In this document: positions 18,768 through 26,876 of the stretch, piece after piece
Layout: each line of letters starts with the position of its first letter
Position numbering within the stretch: position 1 is the first letter of the stretch
From: a virus
Taxonomy: Duplodnaviria; Caudoviricetes
DNA length: 39,835 nucleotides
Strand: one strand, 5' to 3'
Virus record (IMG/VR): IMGVR_UViG_3300047090_000046
Coordinates: 1 to 39,835 of that record
Translations under genes and position numbers: made by a program
The notes under the pieces: model-generated
Database searches by the model: none
What the model was told of the DNA's origin: nothing
Seen by the model: the letters and a program-made list of their open reading frames with translations, nothing else

Positions 18768-19572
18768 CGGCGCATCGACCGCCGACTACTCCCGGCTCGC
18801 GAACTCACGCGGGTGGGGTCCGGGTTGGCCTGCGTGCGGCGCCATCAACGGCGGCCAACTACGGCAGGTGACCCTGTCGAACGGTGCCCGCATCCTCGGC
18901 GGTATCCACGCCAACGTGCAAGAACTGTTCACCCTGATCGGTAACGAGATCATCCGCCGCGGCTACTCGTTCCGGGACGGTTGGTGTTGGGGCGGGGAAT
19001 GCCGATCGATCAGCGGCACGTCGACCCCGTCCAATCACTCTTGGGGGTTGGCCGTCGACGTCAACGCACCGACCAACCCCTACACGAGCTCCGGTCAGCA
19101 TGACATCCCTGACTGGGCGTTCGCGTTGTTCCGGTCCTACGGGTTCGGTTGCGGCGCCGACTACAACGGCAAGAAAGACTGGATGCACGTCGAATTCATG
19201 GGCACCCCGTCCGATGCGGCGACGATGACCGGTCTAGCTCGGCGGAACTTCACCGGCACCCCGGACCCGACACCACCAACCCCGACCCCGACCCCGGCAC
19301 CAACACAAACAGGAGACGATGACGACATGTACCGCACCGTGCAGAACAACGGGCGTTGGTTCGCTGCAGCGCCCGGCCGGTTCTTTCACATCGAAAACCA
19401 GGACCATTTCGCGGTCGGTCAGGCGGTCGGGTTGTTCCCGGCCGGTGACCCGAAACCGATCGGCGCCAGCGAACTGGACATGCTCAGGGATGTTTGCCTC
19501 GGCAACGGTGTCGACAAGGACCTGAACTTGACGGACCGGTTGCCGTCCGACGTCGCAGCGGGAAAAGCCTAG
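18754..19572 (+). CDS. Endolysin: M15-family zinc peptidase, PT linker and C-terminal domain
   Basis: R…SNHSWGLAVDVN and DWMHVEF M15 motifs; PTPTP linker. Confidence 0.9.
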   Translation: MILPSGASTADYSRLANSRGWGPGWPACGAINGGQLRQVTLSNGARILGGIHANVQELFTLIGNEIIRRGYSFRDGWCWGGECRSISGTSTPSNHSWGLAVDVNAPTNPYTSSGQHDIPDWAFALFRSYGFGCGADYNGKKDWMHVEFMGTPSDAATMTGLARRNFTGTPDPTPPTPTPTPAPTQTGDDDDMYRTVQNNGRWFAAAPGRFFHIENQDHFAVGQAVGLFPAGDPKPIGASELDMLRDVCLGNGVDKDLNLTDRLPSDVAAGKA

Positions 19573-19604
19573 GCCCGGCCGATCAGCTAAGGATCGTGCT
19601 GGGC
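19560..19604 (+). other. Candidate programmed -1 frameshift signal in endolysin
   Basis: In-frame G_GGA_AAA at 19560-19566, 6-nt spacer, stem-loop at 19573-19604. Confidence 0.72.
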
Positions 19605-20003
19605 GTCTGCAAAGCGCGGGGCGTCGACGACTACACCACCCGGGCGGCTGTCCTCACCGCGGCCGCGGAGTCGGACTTTGACCCGGCCGCGGTGCAGCAC
19701 GGCCGGACGTTCGGTGTGTTTCAGCAGACCGACGCGGTGAACAGCGCCGGCGTCCCGTTCTGGCCGACCGCGCACGGTACGACCGCTCAGCAATGCAGCG
19801 CGTTCCTCGACGACTTCACGGCGCAGACCGGCCGGCACACGGGCGACCTGGTCCGGGATTGTTGGGTTACGCAACGCTGGTCTGTGCCGAACGAGGGCGT
19901 CACGTGGCCGGATCCCGGGCCGGGGTTCGGTCAGGCACCGGAAACCCTGAACTACTCCCGTAGGTTGCCGGATCTCCCGCGGCTCTTGTCGGGTCGTATC
20001 TGA
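19566..20003 (+). CDS. Lysozyme-like / transglycosylase domain, probably made as a -1 frameshift extension of endolysin
   Basis: AAVLTAAAES (catalytic Glu) and FGVFQQ motifs of the lysozyme-like superfamily; no well-placed start/RBS. Confidence 0.75.
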   Translation, partial: SLGPADQLRIVLGVCKARGVDDYTTRAAVLTAAAESDFDPAAVQHGRTFGVFQQTDAVNSAGVPFWPTAHGTTAQQCSAFLDDFTAQTGRHTGDLVRDCWVTQRWSVPNEGVTWPDPGPGFGQAPETLNYSRRLPDLPRLLSGRI

Positions 20004-20069
20004 CCTACCAGGGGGCGGGGTGATCGCTCGTTAGGCTGACGTGATCACCCCGACCCAACGGAGGCACCC

Positions 20070-20336
20070 ATGCCGGAACTCGTCGCAGTAGGCGAAGCGC
20101 TGCCGAAGATTCAGAACGCAGCGAAAACCATCGGCACTGCGATCACGTCCGTACTCGGCGCGGGGCTGATCGGCGTGCTGGTCGTCATCGTTCCGGACGA
20201 GTGGGACGAGCAGGTCATTGCGTTCGGTGGGTTGCTGACTTTGGCCGCGAACGTGCTCGTCACGTGGGGCACCCGGAACAAGGCGACGGTGCCGCTGATC
20301 GTGAACCCCGGCCCGGCCGCACCGATCATCCCGTGA
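20070..20336 (+). CDS. Putative holin (2 TM segments)
   Basis: Two hydrophobic helices ending VTWGTRN; directly after lysin; AACGGAGG RBS. Confidence 0.68.
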   Translation: MPELVAVGEALPKIQNAAKTIGTAITSVLGAGLIGVLVVIVPDEWDEQVIAFGGLLTLAANVLVTWGTRNKATVPLIVNPGPAAPIIP

Positions 20337-20707
20337 CGTCCGTAGAGGTCCCAGTCGCGAGGCTAGGGACGGACCTCAAGATCCCGGATGCGTTGATCCC
20401 GACTACCATCGTCAGGTCCGCTGACTTGGCGACGCTGGTCGCTGGCCTGTCGACAGCACCCGTGACGGCGGCGAGTATCGGGCTCGGGAACGTCGACAAC
20501 ACACACGACATTGACAAGCCGGTCAGCTCCCCAGTGTTGGCGATGCTCGCGCGGGTCCGTATCCCGTGGAAACAGGTAGGCGCGACCTACCCGACACCGC
20601 TCCCGACAGGGTTCTATGGGATCGCGTTCGAGGGGATCAACGACCCTGCCGACCAATCCGGGCTCACAGTCACGAATAACGACACGTGGACGCAGCTCCA
20701 AGCATGA
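20333..20707 (+). CDS. Fibre-associated protein with phage tail repeat motif
   Basis: GTGA overlap; IGLGNVDNTHDIDKPVS motif. Confidence 0.68.
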   Translation: MTSVEVPVARLGTDLKIPDALIPTTIVRSADLATLVAGLSTAPVTAASIGLGNVDNTHDIDKPVSSPVLAMLARVRIPWKQVGATYPTPLPTGFYGIAFEGINDPADQSGLTVTNNDTWTQLQA

Positions 20708-20719
20708 GAGGCGTCTGAG

Positions 20720-22312
20720 TTGGCAACCGTAACGATCACGTCGGCCGGCACCTACGCGACGCGGCAATCGATCACGGTCACCCTGTCCGCGGCGTCAGTC
20801 ACAGCGCCCCCGCCGACTGCGTCTGTGACGCTGACGAAGGCATCAGCGCTCGGCGTCACAGCGGGCGTGTCGGTCACACTGACACAGGCAGGCGTTCTCA
20901 CAGCGTCACAGGGTGACACAGCACCGACCGACGCTATCCGGTTCGTCCGAGTCGCGGGAGTCTGGTCGCAGATCGTCGGCCGGAAAGCCCGTGTCGGGGG
21001 AGTGTGGAAGATAGCGACCAGCGTCCCGCCGCCGCCGACCGCTTCCGCCGCTCAGGTGACGCTCACGAAGGCAGGGGTTACCGGGGTCCTGACGACTGCG
21101 CCGCCACCGGTCACTGGGGGTTGGGCGCCGAATATAGGCCCGATGGACAGGCTCGCTCGGGGGTTCGACGACAGGCTCCCCGGCGTCCCTGTCGTTTGGT
21201 ACGAGGATCTATACGTGGCCGGCGACACTGTTACGCAGGCGATGGCGCGGCTCACGTCAGAGGCGGTGATCAGCTTCCCGGAAGGCCGTTTCGAGCAATC
21301 CGACTTTCGCACGGTTGGGTTCAGGTCGATCGACGTGCCGAAGCAATGCCGGGGGTTGTGGGGGTCGGGGCGCGGGTCGATCGGGTCGAGCACCGGAACG
21401 GTGTTCAGTATGGTTCCGAACAGCTCGACCAGGCAGGCAGACGTACCGCCGCAAGACAATTCAACCCCCGTGCAAATGCGGCTCATGTATCAGGGCGGGG
21501 CGACGTCACCCGATATTCATTTCGCGCAATTCAGGGTTGAGGGCACTGACCAGGGTCACATTTACCATAATTTCACTGTGTTTAACCCTGTCGGTAAGGT
21601 CACCATGCATGACGTTCTTTCGCATGGGCATTACGGGAACAACGGGGCGCCGCCGGGTGAGACATTCGCGATCGAGATTCACGGCGGTGGGAATAACCTC
21701 ACCAACCCTGTTATCTACGACTGCGAAGCGGACGGGCGCCGCACCATCGGCGGACCCAACTATGGGGCGGTCGGGTTCGACATCGCCAACTGTGTGCAAG
21801 GGTCGTGGACGAACTGCTACGCGCACCACACGGTCGCATCATCGTTTGTGGTGTTCCAATCGTTCAATATCCAGTCAACGGACATCCGACTAGGCGACCC
21901 GACAGACACAGACGGCGTCGGCGTCGACGGGTTCAACTACGGCGGCTGGCTGAACCACGAACGCACGTCGGGATGTGTGCACACTCGACCAAAGTTCTAC
22001 CGCGTGTTCAAGAACAGGTCCAAGACTGTGCATTGCACATTCTCGAATGACACCTACACGCAAGGCGGGTTCAGCACAGCAAACGGAACAATGAAACTTA
22101 TTGCCCCAACATTCAACGATATTTGGGGTGACGGGAAATTGTACGTTCAGACGTGGCACCCTTACTGGAATGGTTGCAGCATGACCGGCGCCGGCGGGAC
22201 AGGTATCCCCGCTACACCGTTCGCTGTGCAAGCTGACGGAACGACCCCGCTCGCTGCCTACAAGTACGTCCACCAGTTCACCCCAGTCGGCGGGGTTCAC
22301 ACATTCACATGA
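20720..22312 (+). CDS. Putative tailspike/depolymerase-like beta-helix protein
   Basis: T/A/V-rich N-terminus, then …VISFPEG.F…GLWGSG and Asn/Gly-rich beta-helix-like repeats. Confidence 0.6.
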   Translation: MATVTITSAGTYATRQSITVTLSAASVTAPPPTASVTLTKASALGVTAGVSVTLTQAGVLTASQGDTAPTDAIRFVRVAGVWSQIVGRKARVGGVWKIATSVPPPPTASAAQVTLTKAGVTGVLTTAPPPVTGGWAPNIGPMDRLARGFDDRLPGVPVVWYEDLYVAGDTVTQAMARLTSEAVISFPEGRFEQSDFRTVGFRSIDVPKQCRGLWGSGRGSIGSSTGTVFSMVPNSSTRQADVPPQDNSTPVQMRLMYQGGATSPDIHFAQFRVEGTDQGHIYHNFTVFNPVGKVTMHDVLSHGHYGNNGAPPGETFAIEIHGGGNNLTNPVIYDCEADGRRTIGGPNYGAVGFDIANCVQGSWTNCYAHHTVASSFVVFQSFNIQSTDIRLGDPTDTDGVGVDGFNYGGWLNHERTSGCVHTRPKFYRVFKNRSKTVHCTFSNDTYTQGGFSTANGTMKLIAPTFNDIWGDGKLYVQTWHPYWNGCSMTGAGGTGIPATPFAVQADGTTPLAAYKYVHQFTPVGGVHTFT

Positions 22313-22325
22313 GGGAGATCACCGG

Positions 22326-23420
22326 ATGACGGTCAAGACGTACACATTCGAGGGAACGCAGGGGACCACGGTAACCGCGGCGAACTCTGGTGTTTCACAG
22401 GTCAGCTCAAGCCCGGGGACGATCACCTACGACGCGGCGATGGCAGCGACAGGGACGACCGGGGCAAAGTTCGTCAGCGCATCCTCTGTCATCGCCATTG
22501 CCCGGCCGTTGGCGAACGCACCGGCCAACCAGATGGCATTCTCGGGGACCGTCACAACCCCGGCGGTTGCACCGTCCGGTGGGTTGTTCGTGACCGTGAT
22601 GACGTTGCGGCACGCTTCGGGGACGGTGCTACGGGTCAAGTACACAGCGGCCGGTGCGTTGGTGCTGCAGGATGCGACGGGCGCGAACGATGTGACCCTG
22701 CTGACAGGTGTTGCGTTGGCCACGCAGTACCGAATCGAGATCGTTGCCCTGGTCGGCGCTGCAACGTCAGCACCGTTCGACGGGCACTATGCCATTAACG
22801 TCTACCCGGCCGGCGGTGGGTCGACTCCACTCAACGGGTCACCAGTAACCGGCACGACCTACAACCTAGGGACCGCTGCGATCGTTGGCGGTGACGTCGG
22901 CGTCACGAACGTGATCGCTCAAGTCGTCACGATGGGTTGGGATGACGTCCAATTCAACGACGGCGGCACAACAGAGATCGGGCCATACGTCCCGCCGGCG
23001 CAGTCGTTCACATCGTTCCCGCTGACCACGAGCTGGTCAACGGTAGGCGGGGGGACGGTCACCGCGAACATGTCCGACAACGATGACGCAACCGGGGTGA
23101 TCGCCACCAACCCGACAGGGCTCCCGTTCAAGGGGCAACTACCGGCGTTGGTGAAACCGGCGGCGGGCGCCGACCTGGTGTGCCCTTACCGTGGGTTCAG
23201 GTCGACGTCGACGTCGGGGAGCATCGTCGCGAAACTGTACGAGGGCGGCACAGCGGGCGTAGCGAACTCTGGGACGTTGCGGTCGACAGTGACGGGCATT
23301 GCTATTCCGACGTCGATCGGTCCTATCACTGTGATTTTCCCGGCCGCGGATCTTGTGGCGGTCAATCAGGCTGCGTTCACGGCGGGGTTGTATGTGCAGC
23401 TCGAGGTCACTGCCGCGTAA
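22326..23420 (+). CDS. Putative virion carbohydrate-binding (beta-sandwich) protein
   Basis: N-terminal TFEG..GT, QYRIE and GWDDV features of ConA/LamG-like phage proteins; GAGGGAG RBS. Confidence 0.52.
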   Translation: MTVKTYTFEGTQGTTVTAANSGVSQVSSSPGTITYDAAMAATGTTGAKFVSASSVIAIARPLANAPANQMAFSGTVTTPAVAPSGGLFVTVMTLRHASGTVLRVKYTAAGALVLQDATGANDVTLLTGVALATQYRIEIVALVGAATSAPFDGHYAINVYPAGGGSTPLNGSPVTGTTYNLGTAAIVGGDVGVTNVIAQVVTMGWDDVQFNDGGTTEIGPYVPPAQSFTSFPLTTSWSTVGGGTVTANMSDNDDATGVIATNPTGLPFKGQLPALVKPAAGADLVCPYRGFRSTSTSGSIVAKLYEGGTAGVANSGTLRSTVTGIAIPTSIGPITVIFPAADLVAVNQAAFTAGLYVQLEVTAA

Positions 23421-23437
23421 TTCACACCCCGCATCCG

Positions 23438-23463
23438 TGTCACGGCGCGTAATGTAGAGCGCT
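23438..23463 (+). promoter_or_regulatory. Operator copy overlapping -10 of a leaderless promoter
   Basis: TGTCACGGCGCGTAATGT, then 8 nt to ATG 23464. Confidence 0.7.
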
Positions 23464-23841
23464 ATGACTCTCACCCGCTTGAAACGCACCCTGATCGGCG
23501 TTGCCGCCGCGCTCATCCTCACGGCATGCGCAGCACCGGCGCTGCCGCAACCAGTGGCGCCGTACGAGTCCCGGAACCTCGGGACGATGATCAATGGGCG
23601 GATCGTGCTCGCCACAATGCAGATCCGCACAGTCGCCGGAACGTCCAAGGTCGACGACGTCGGGATATGCGTCGACGGGTTCGACTTCCCGATGAGCGAC
23701 GGAACGATCACCCCGGCGTGGCTCACGGTGTCGTCGACCCGGAAGTTCCCGCCGGGTCAGTACACAGCTCGGGCGTGCGTCATCGACGGCGGGCATGATC
23801 AGGCCGTGGCCGGGCCTGCGGTGCCGTTCACGGTCCGGTGA
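23464..23841 (+). CDS. Putative lipoprotein
   Basis: Basic N-terminus, hydrophobic core, lipobox LTAC. Confidence 0.7.
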   Translation: MTLTRLKRTLIGVAAALILTACAAPALPQPVAPYESRNLGTMINGRIVLATMQIRTVAGTSKVDDVGICVDGFDFPMSDGTITPAWLTVSSTRKFPPGQYTARACVIDGGHDQAVAGPAVPFTVR

Positions 23842-23887
23842 CCGCGGGGAACCTATGATCGGCTGAACCGACCATAGGGAGTAAGCG

Positions 23888-24115
23888 ATGGCTGACAGGC
23901 CAATTCGGCAGTGCGTGCAATGCGGGCAGACCGACGACCACCCCAAGAACTGGGGCAGTCAGGGGCCGAAGCATCACGACTGCCTGTCCTTCCAAGAGAA
24001 GGCGGACATCGAAGCGACCAACCCCGACGTGTTCGCGGTCATCCAAGCCTGCGAAGGCGGGCTACGCGGTAACGACCTGCTCGATCACATCGTCGCCACC
24101 TTTGGGGGTAAGTGA
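23888..24115 (+). CDS. Small putative metal-binding protein
   Basis: CVQCGQTDDHPK…HHDC; GGGAG RBS. Confidence 0.65.
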   Translation: MADRPIRQCVQCGQTDDHPKNWGSQGPKHHDCLSFQEKADIEATNPDVFAVIQACEGGLRGNDLLDHIVATFGGK

Positions 24116-24531
24116 TGGCCGGGAAACTCACCTACGTTGGCGCCGGGTACGCGCTGGACATCGTCACCGGCCGCGCTGCCGGTCCGGGCGCCCGGACGGA
24201 GTACCTCGAGCTACTGACCGCGGCACCAACGGCGGCCTCGACGCTCGCCAGCGTGACGGAGTACGCACCGACCGGCGGTTACTCCCGGCAGGCGATGGCG
24301 ATGGGCGCACCGGCCGGCACCCCACGGGCGACCGCGAACACAGGAGCGCTGACATTCGGCCCGTTCACCGGCACGGTTACCGGCACCGTGGCTTACTGGC
24401 TGCTGACGTCGGCGGCGTCGACGACCACGGGCGACGCGCTGGCCTACGGTGATTTCACGTCGTCCCGGACCCCTGCGGTTGGTGATTCCCTGTCGGTGGC
24501 GATCGGCGCGATCACAGTCTCGATCGACTGA
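24115..24531 (+). CDS. Small fibre/appendage structural protein
   Basis: YLELLTAAP…GGYSRQA…NTGALTFGP…G.ALAYG…GDSLSVAIGAITVSID matches a widespread small phage tail-fibre-annotated family. Confidence 0.7.
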   Translation: MAGKLTYVGAGYALDIVTGRAAGPGARTEYLELLTAAPTAASTLASVTEYAPTGGYSRQAMAMGAPAGTPRATANTGALTFGPFTGTVTGTVAYWLLTSAASTTTGDALAYGDFTSSRTPAVGDSLSVAIGAITVSID

Positions 24532-25736
24532 TGGGCCAGGCGCGGGTCATCGTGGCGTGGGTTGCTGTGCTCATGCTCATCGGCGCCACAGCGGCCGCAG
24601 TACCGCTACCTTCCCCCGACCCATGCCAGGCTCAGTTTCCGTCCGCGTCGACGGCGAACTTGCAGAAGTACGAAAGGTGCCGGTTCGACAGGATCGAGCT
24701 GGCGATACCGGGGAATCAGACGGTAACCAAGACCGTCACCGCGACTGCGACGGTCACCGCAACACCAACCACGGCAACCACGGCAACCACGGCGCCGCCA
24801 TCACCGGGCGGGTTTCCCGATGCCACCAACCGGCCGCACATGATCACCGCAACCAGCATGGGTTATACCGACGCCGCTGGGGTGGCGCAGACAGTGACCC
24901 TTAAACCGTTGCCGGCGGGTGGGTCGACGTTCGGCCCTAACGGGTGCGCGTTCTACGACGCCCGGGGTTGGGTGAACGTCGACGCGGGTTGCGTGATCGA
25001 CGGGTACAACTTCGATGGTGTTGGTATCGGGAATGTCCTCGGGTCGAATGTGACGATCTCCCGGAACTGGTTCCATAACATCGACGGGCAGGATTCGTGG
25101 GGTATTTGGGTTCACGATCACGGCGCGCTTTCCGGGTTGACGGTGACGGACAACTTGGCGCACGGCACAACGGGTGTTGGGTCCGCTGTGATCACCGGTC
25201 TACTCAAGGTTGATGGGCCGATATCGAATGTGACGGTCGCCCGGAATCACACTTACTGGGCTGGGACGTTTGTCCAGTTCGCGCCGATCAGCGGCAATGG
25301 TGCTGCGCCGTATGGGAACACGGTCACCGGTAACTATGTGCATGACGTGACTGATGGTGGGCCGATCGGTTTTCATGTGGAGATCATCAACGTGTCATCT
25401 GGGACGGGTGGTTTGCTGATCAGCGGTAACCACTTCACCGGACCTACTGGGCAGACCGCGACGATCTACATTTGCCACGATTCGGGGAACGTCGGGAACA
25501 TCACCATCGACGGGAACCTCATCGACGGGAAACCCCAAAACACGATTTATGCGGGCGACACAGGGCAGGCGCCGGGCGTGCTGACAGGGAACGTGAAGAT
25601 CACGAATAACCTGTTCGCGAACAGCAACGGGCAGAATCCCGGCGGACTGGTCATCGCACCGGTACCGGGTGACTCACGAATCACTGTCACCGGTAACCAG
25701 TTCTACCCATCACTGGCACAGATCCCGGGAATGTAA
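24531..25736 (+). CDS. Beta-helix (pectin-lyase-like) protein with N-terminal signal/anchor
   Basis: Hydrophobic N-terminus ending AAA, Thr-rich linker, repeated NVTISRN/VTDN/VTGN/ISGN/IDGN/ITNN turns. Confidence 0.72.
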   Translation: MGQARVIVAWVAVLMLIGATAAAVPLPSPDPCQAQFPSASTANLQKYERCRFDRIELAIPGNQTVTKTVTATATVTATPTTATTATTAPPSPGGFPDATNRPHMITATSMGYTDAAGVAQTVTLKPLPAGGSTFGPNGCAFYDARGWVNVDAGCVIDGYNFDGVGIGNVLGSNVTISRNWFHNIDGQDSWGIWVHDHGALSGLTVTDNLAHGTTGVGSAVITGLLKVDGPISNVTVARNHTYWAGTFVQFAPISGNGAAPYGNTVTGNYVHDVTDGGPIGFHVEIINVSSGTGGLLISGNHFTGPTGQTATIYICHDSGNVGNITIDGNLIDGKPQNTIYAGDTGQAPGVLTGNVKITNNLFANSNGQNPGGLVIAPVPGDSRITVTGNQFYPSLAQIPGM

Positions 25737-26420
25737 GTGGTCGCATCCGTCGTCCAGTTCGCATCGGCAAACACAACGACGACCCCGGCTACGGTCACCC
25801 TTGGCGCTGCCCCGACGGCCGGGAACACACTTGCCGCGATCATGGCATCGGATACTACGCACACCGGTGTACCTACCGCAGGTGCTGGGCTGAGCTACAC
25901 CATTCGGGATACGCAGGTCGCGTCTCAAGGTTGGTATGTGTGGACCCGGCTGGTCGTGGCCGGGGACTCCGCTACCACCACTTTCGTCCCGAATGGCGCC
26001 AACCCTGCCGCACTGATGGTGATCGAAGTTTCTGGCACTTACGACAAGGTCGGTACCAGGGTTCACGTGACCGGTGTCGCAGCATCCAATATCGCCCCAA
26101 CTGGGTTATCACCCACAACGGCGGACGGTTTAACTCTGGCAGTCGCCGGTATGCATAACCTGACGACAGTTTCCGGCGGGTCCGTTGATAACGCTTTCAC
26201 GTTCCTGGCATTGCAAACGACATTCGCCGGGTCGACGTCCGGTGCTGTGATAGCTGCGTACAAGGTGACGTCGTCCACGGCGGCCACGGGAACTACGACG
26301 CTGTCGTGGACGGGCACCGGGGCTGATCGTGACGCGGTGCAGATTGCGTTTACCGGACTAGGTGGCGGTGCACCGGCTATTCCACCGATACTCATTATGC
26401 AAACTAGGAGGGCTTACTAA
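25737..26420 (+). CDS. Putative structural beta-sandwich protein
   Basis: VVQ…TLGAAPTAGNTL…IEVSG pattern common in phage accessory virion proteins. Confidence 0.6.
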   Translation: MVASVVQFASANTTTTPATVTLGAAPTAGNTLAAIMASDTTHTGVPTAGAGLSYTIRDTQVASQGWYVWTRLVVAGDSATTTFVPNGANPAALMVIEVSGTYDKVGTRVHVTGVAASNIAPTGLSPTTADGLTLAVAGMHNLTTVSGGSVDNAFTFLALQTTFAGSTSGAVIAAYKVTSSTAATGTTTLSWTGTGADRDAVQIAFTGLGGGAPAIPPILIMQTRRAY

Positions 26421-26861
26421 ATGTCCAAGTTCGTCGCAGGGCTGACCACGTCGGCGGGGTCAACTACGTTGCCGGTTGCTGCGCTGGTCGGTGGGACGGG
26501 TGCCCGCATCCGGATCACTGAGATCGGCGTATTCAACACCACGGCAACGGCGTGCAACCTGGTGCTATGCCGGTTGTCGACGGCCGGTACCCCCGGGACG
26601 GCTGCGACATCCCGGCTCACTGATATGGCTGATGGTGCGACGGCGGTCGGCGCGTTGCGGAACACCTACACGTCGACGGCGCCGACCACGACGGAGCTGG
26701 GGATCGGGTTCCCGCTCGCTGCGGCGATCGGATCGGGGATGATCATGGGGTTCCCTGATGATGTGCTGACGATTGACAAGGTCGCGTCTGCCGGTATCGG
26801 GTTGCTCGTGGAGTCCGGGACCGGTCAAGCGTTGCGTGTCTGGTTCCGTTGGTACGAGTGA
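26421..26861 (+). CDS. Putative structural protein
   Basis: AGGAGG RBS; RIRITEIGV and C-terminal VWFRWYE. Confidence 0.68.
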   Translation: MSKFVAGLTTSAGSTTLPVAALVGGTGARIRITEIGVFNTTATACNLVLCRLSTAGTPGTAATSRLTDMADGATAVGALRNTYTSTAPTTTELGIGFPLAAAIGSGMIMGFPDDVLTIDKVASAGIGLLVESGTGQALRVWFRWYE

Positions 26862-26876
26862 TGAGGGGGCCGCGCT

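Noticed and set aside
19494-19565. TTG 19494 as start of the lysozyme-like gene
   Set aside because: No convincing SD, 79-nt overlap with the lysin, and the first 24 residues look like off-frame sequence.
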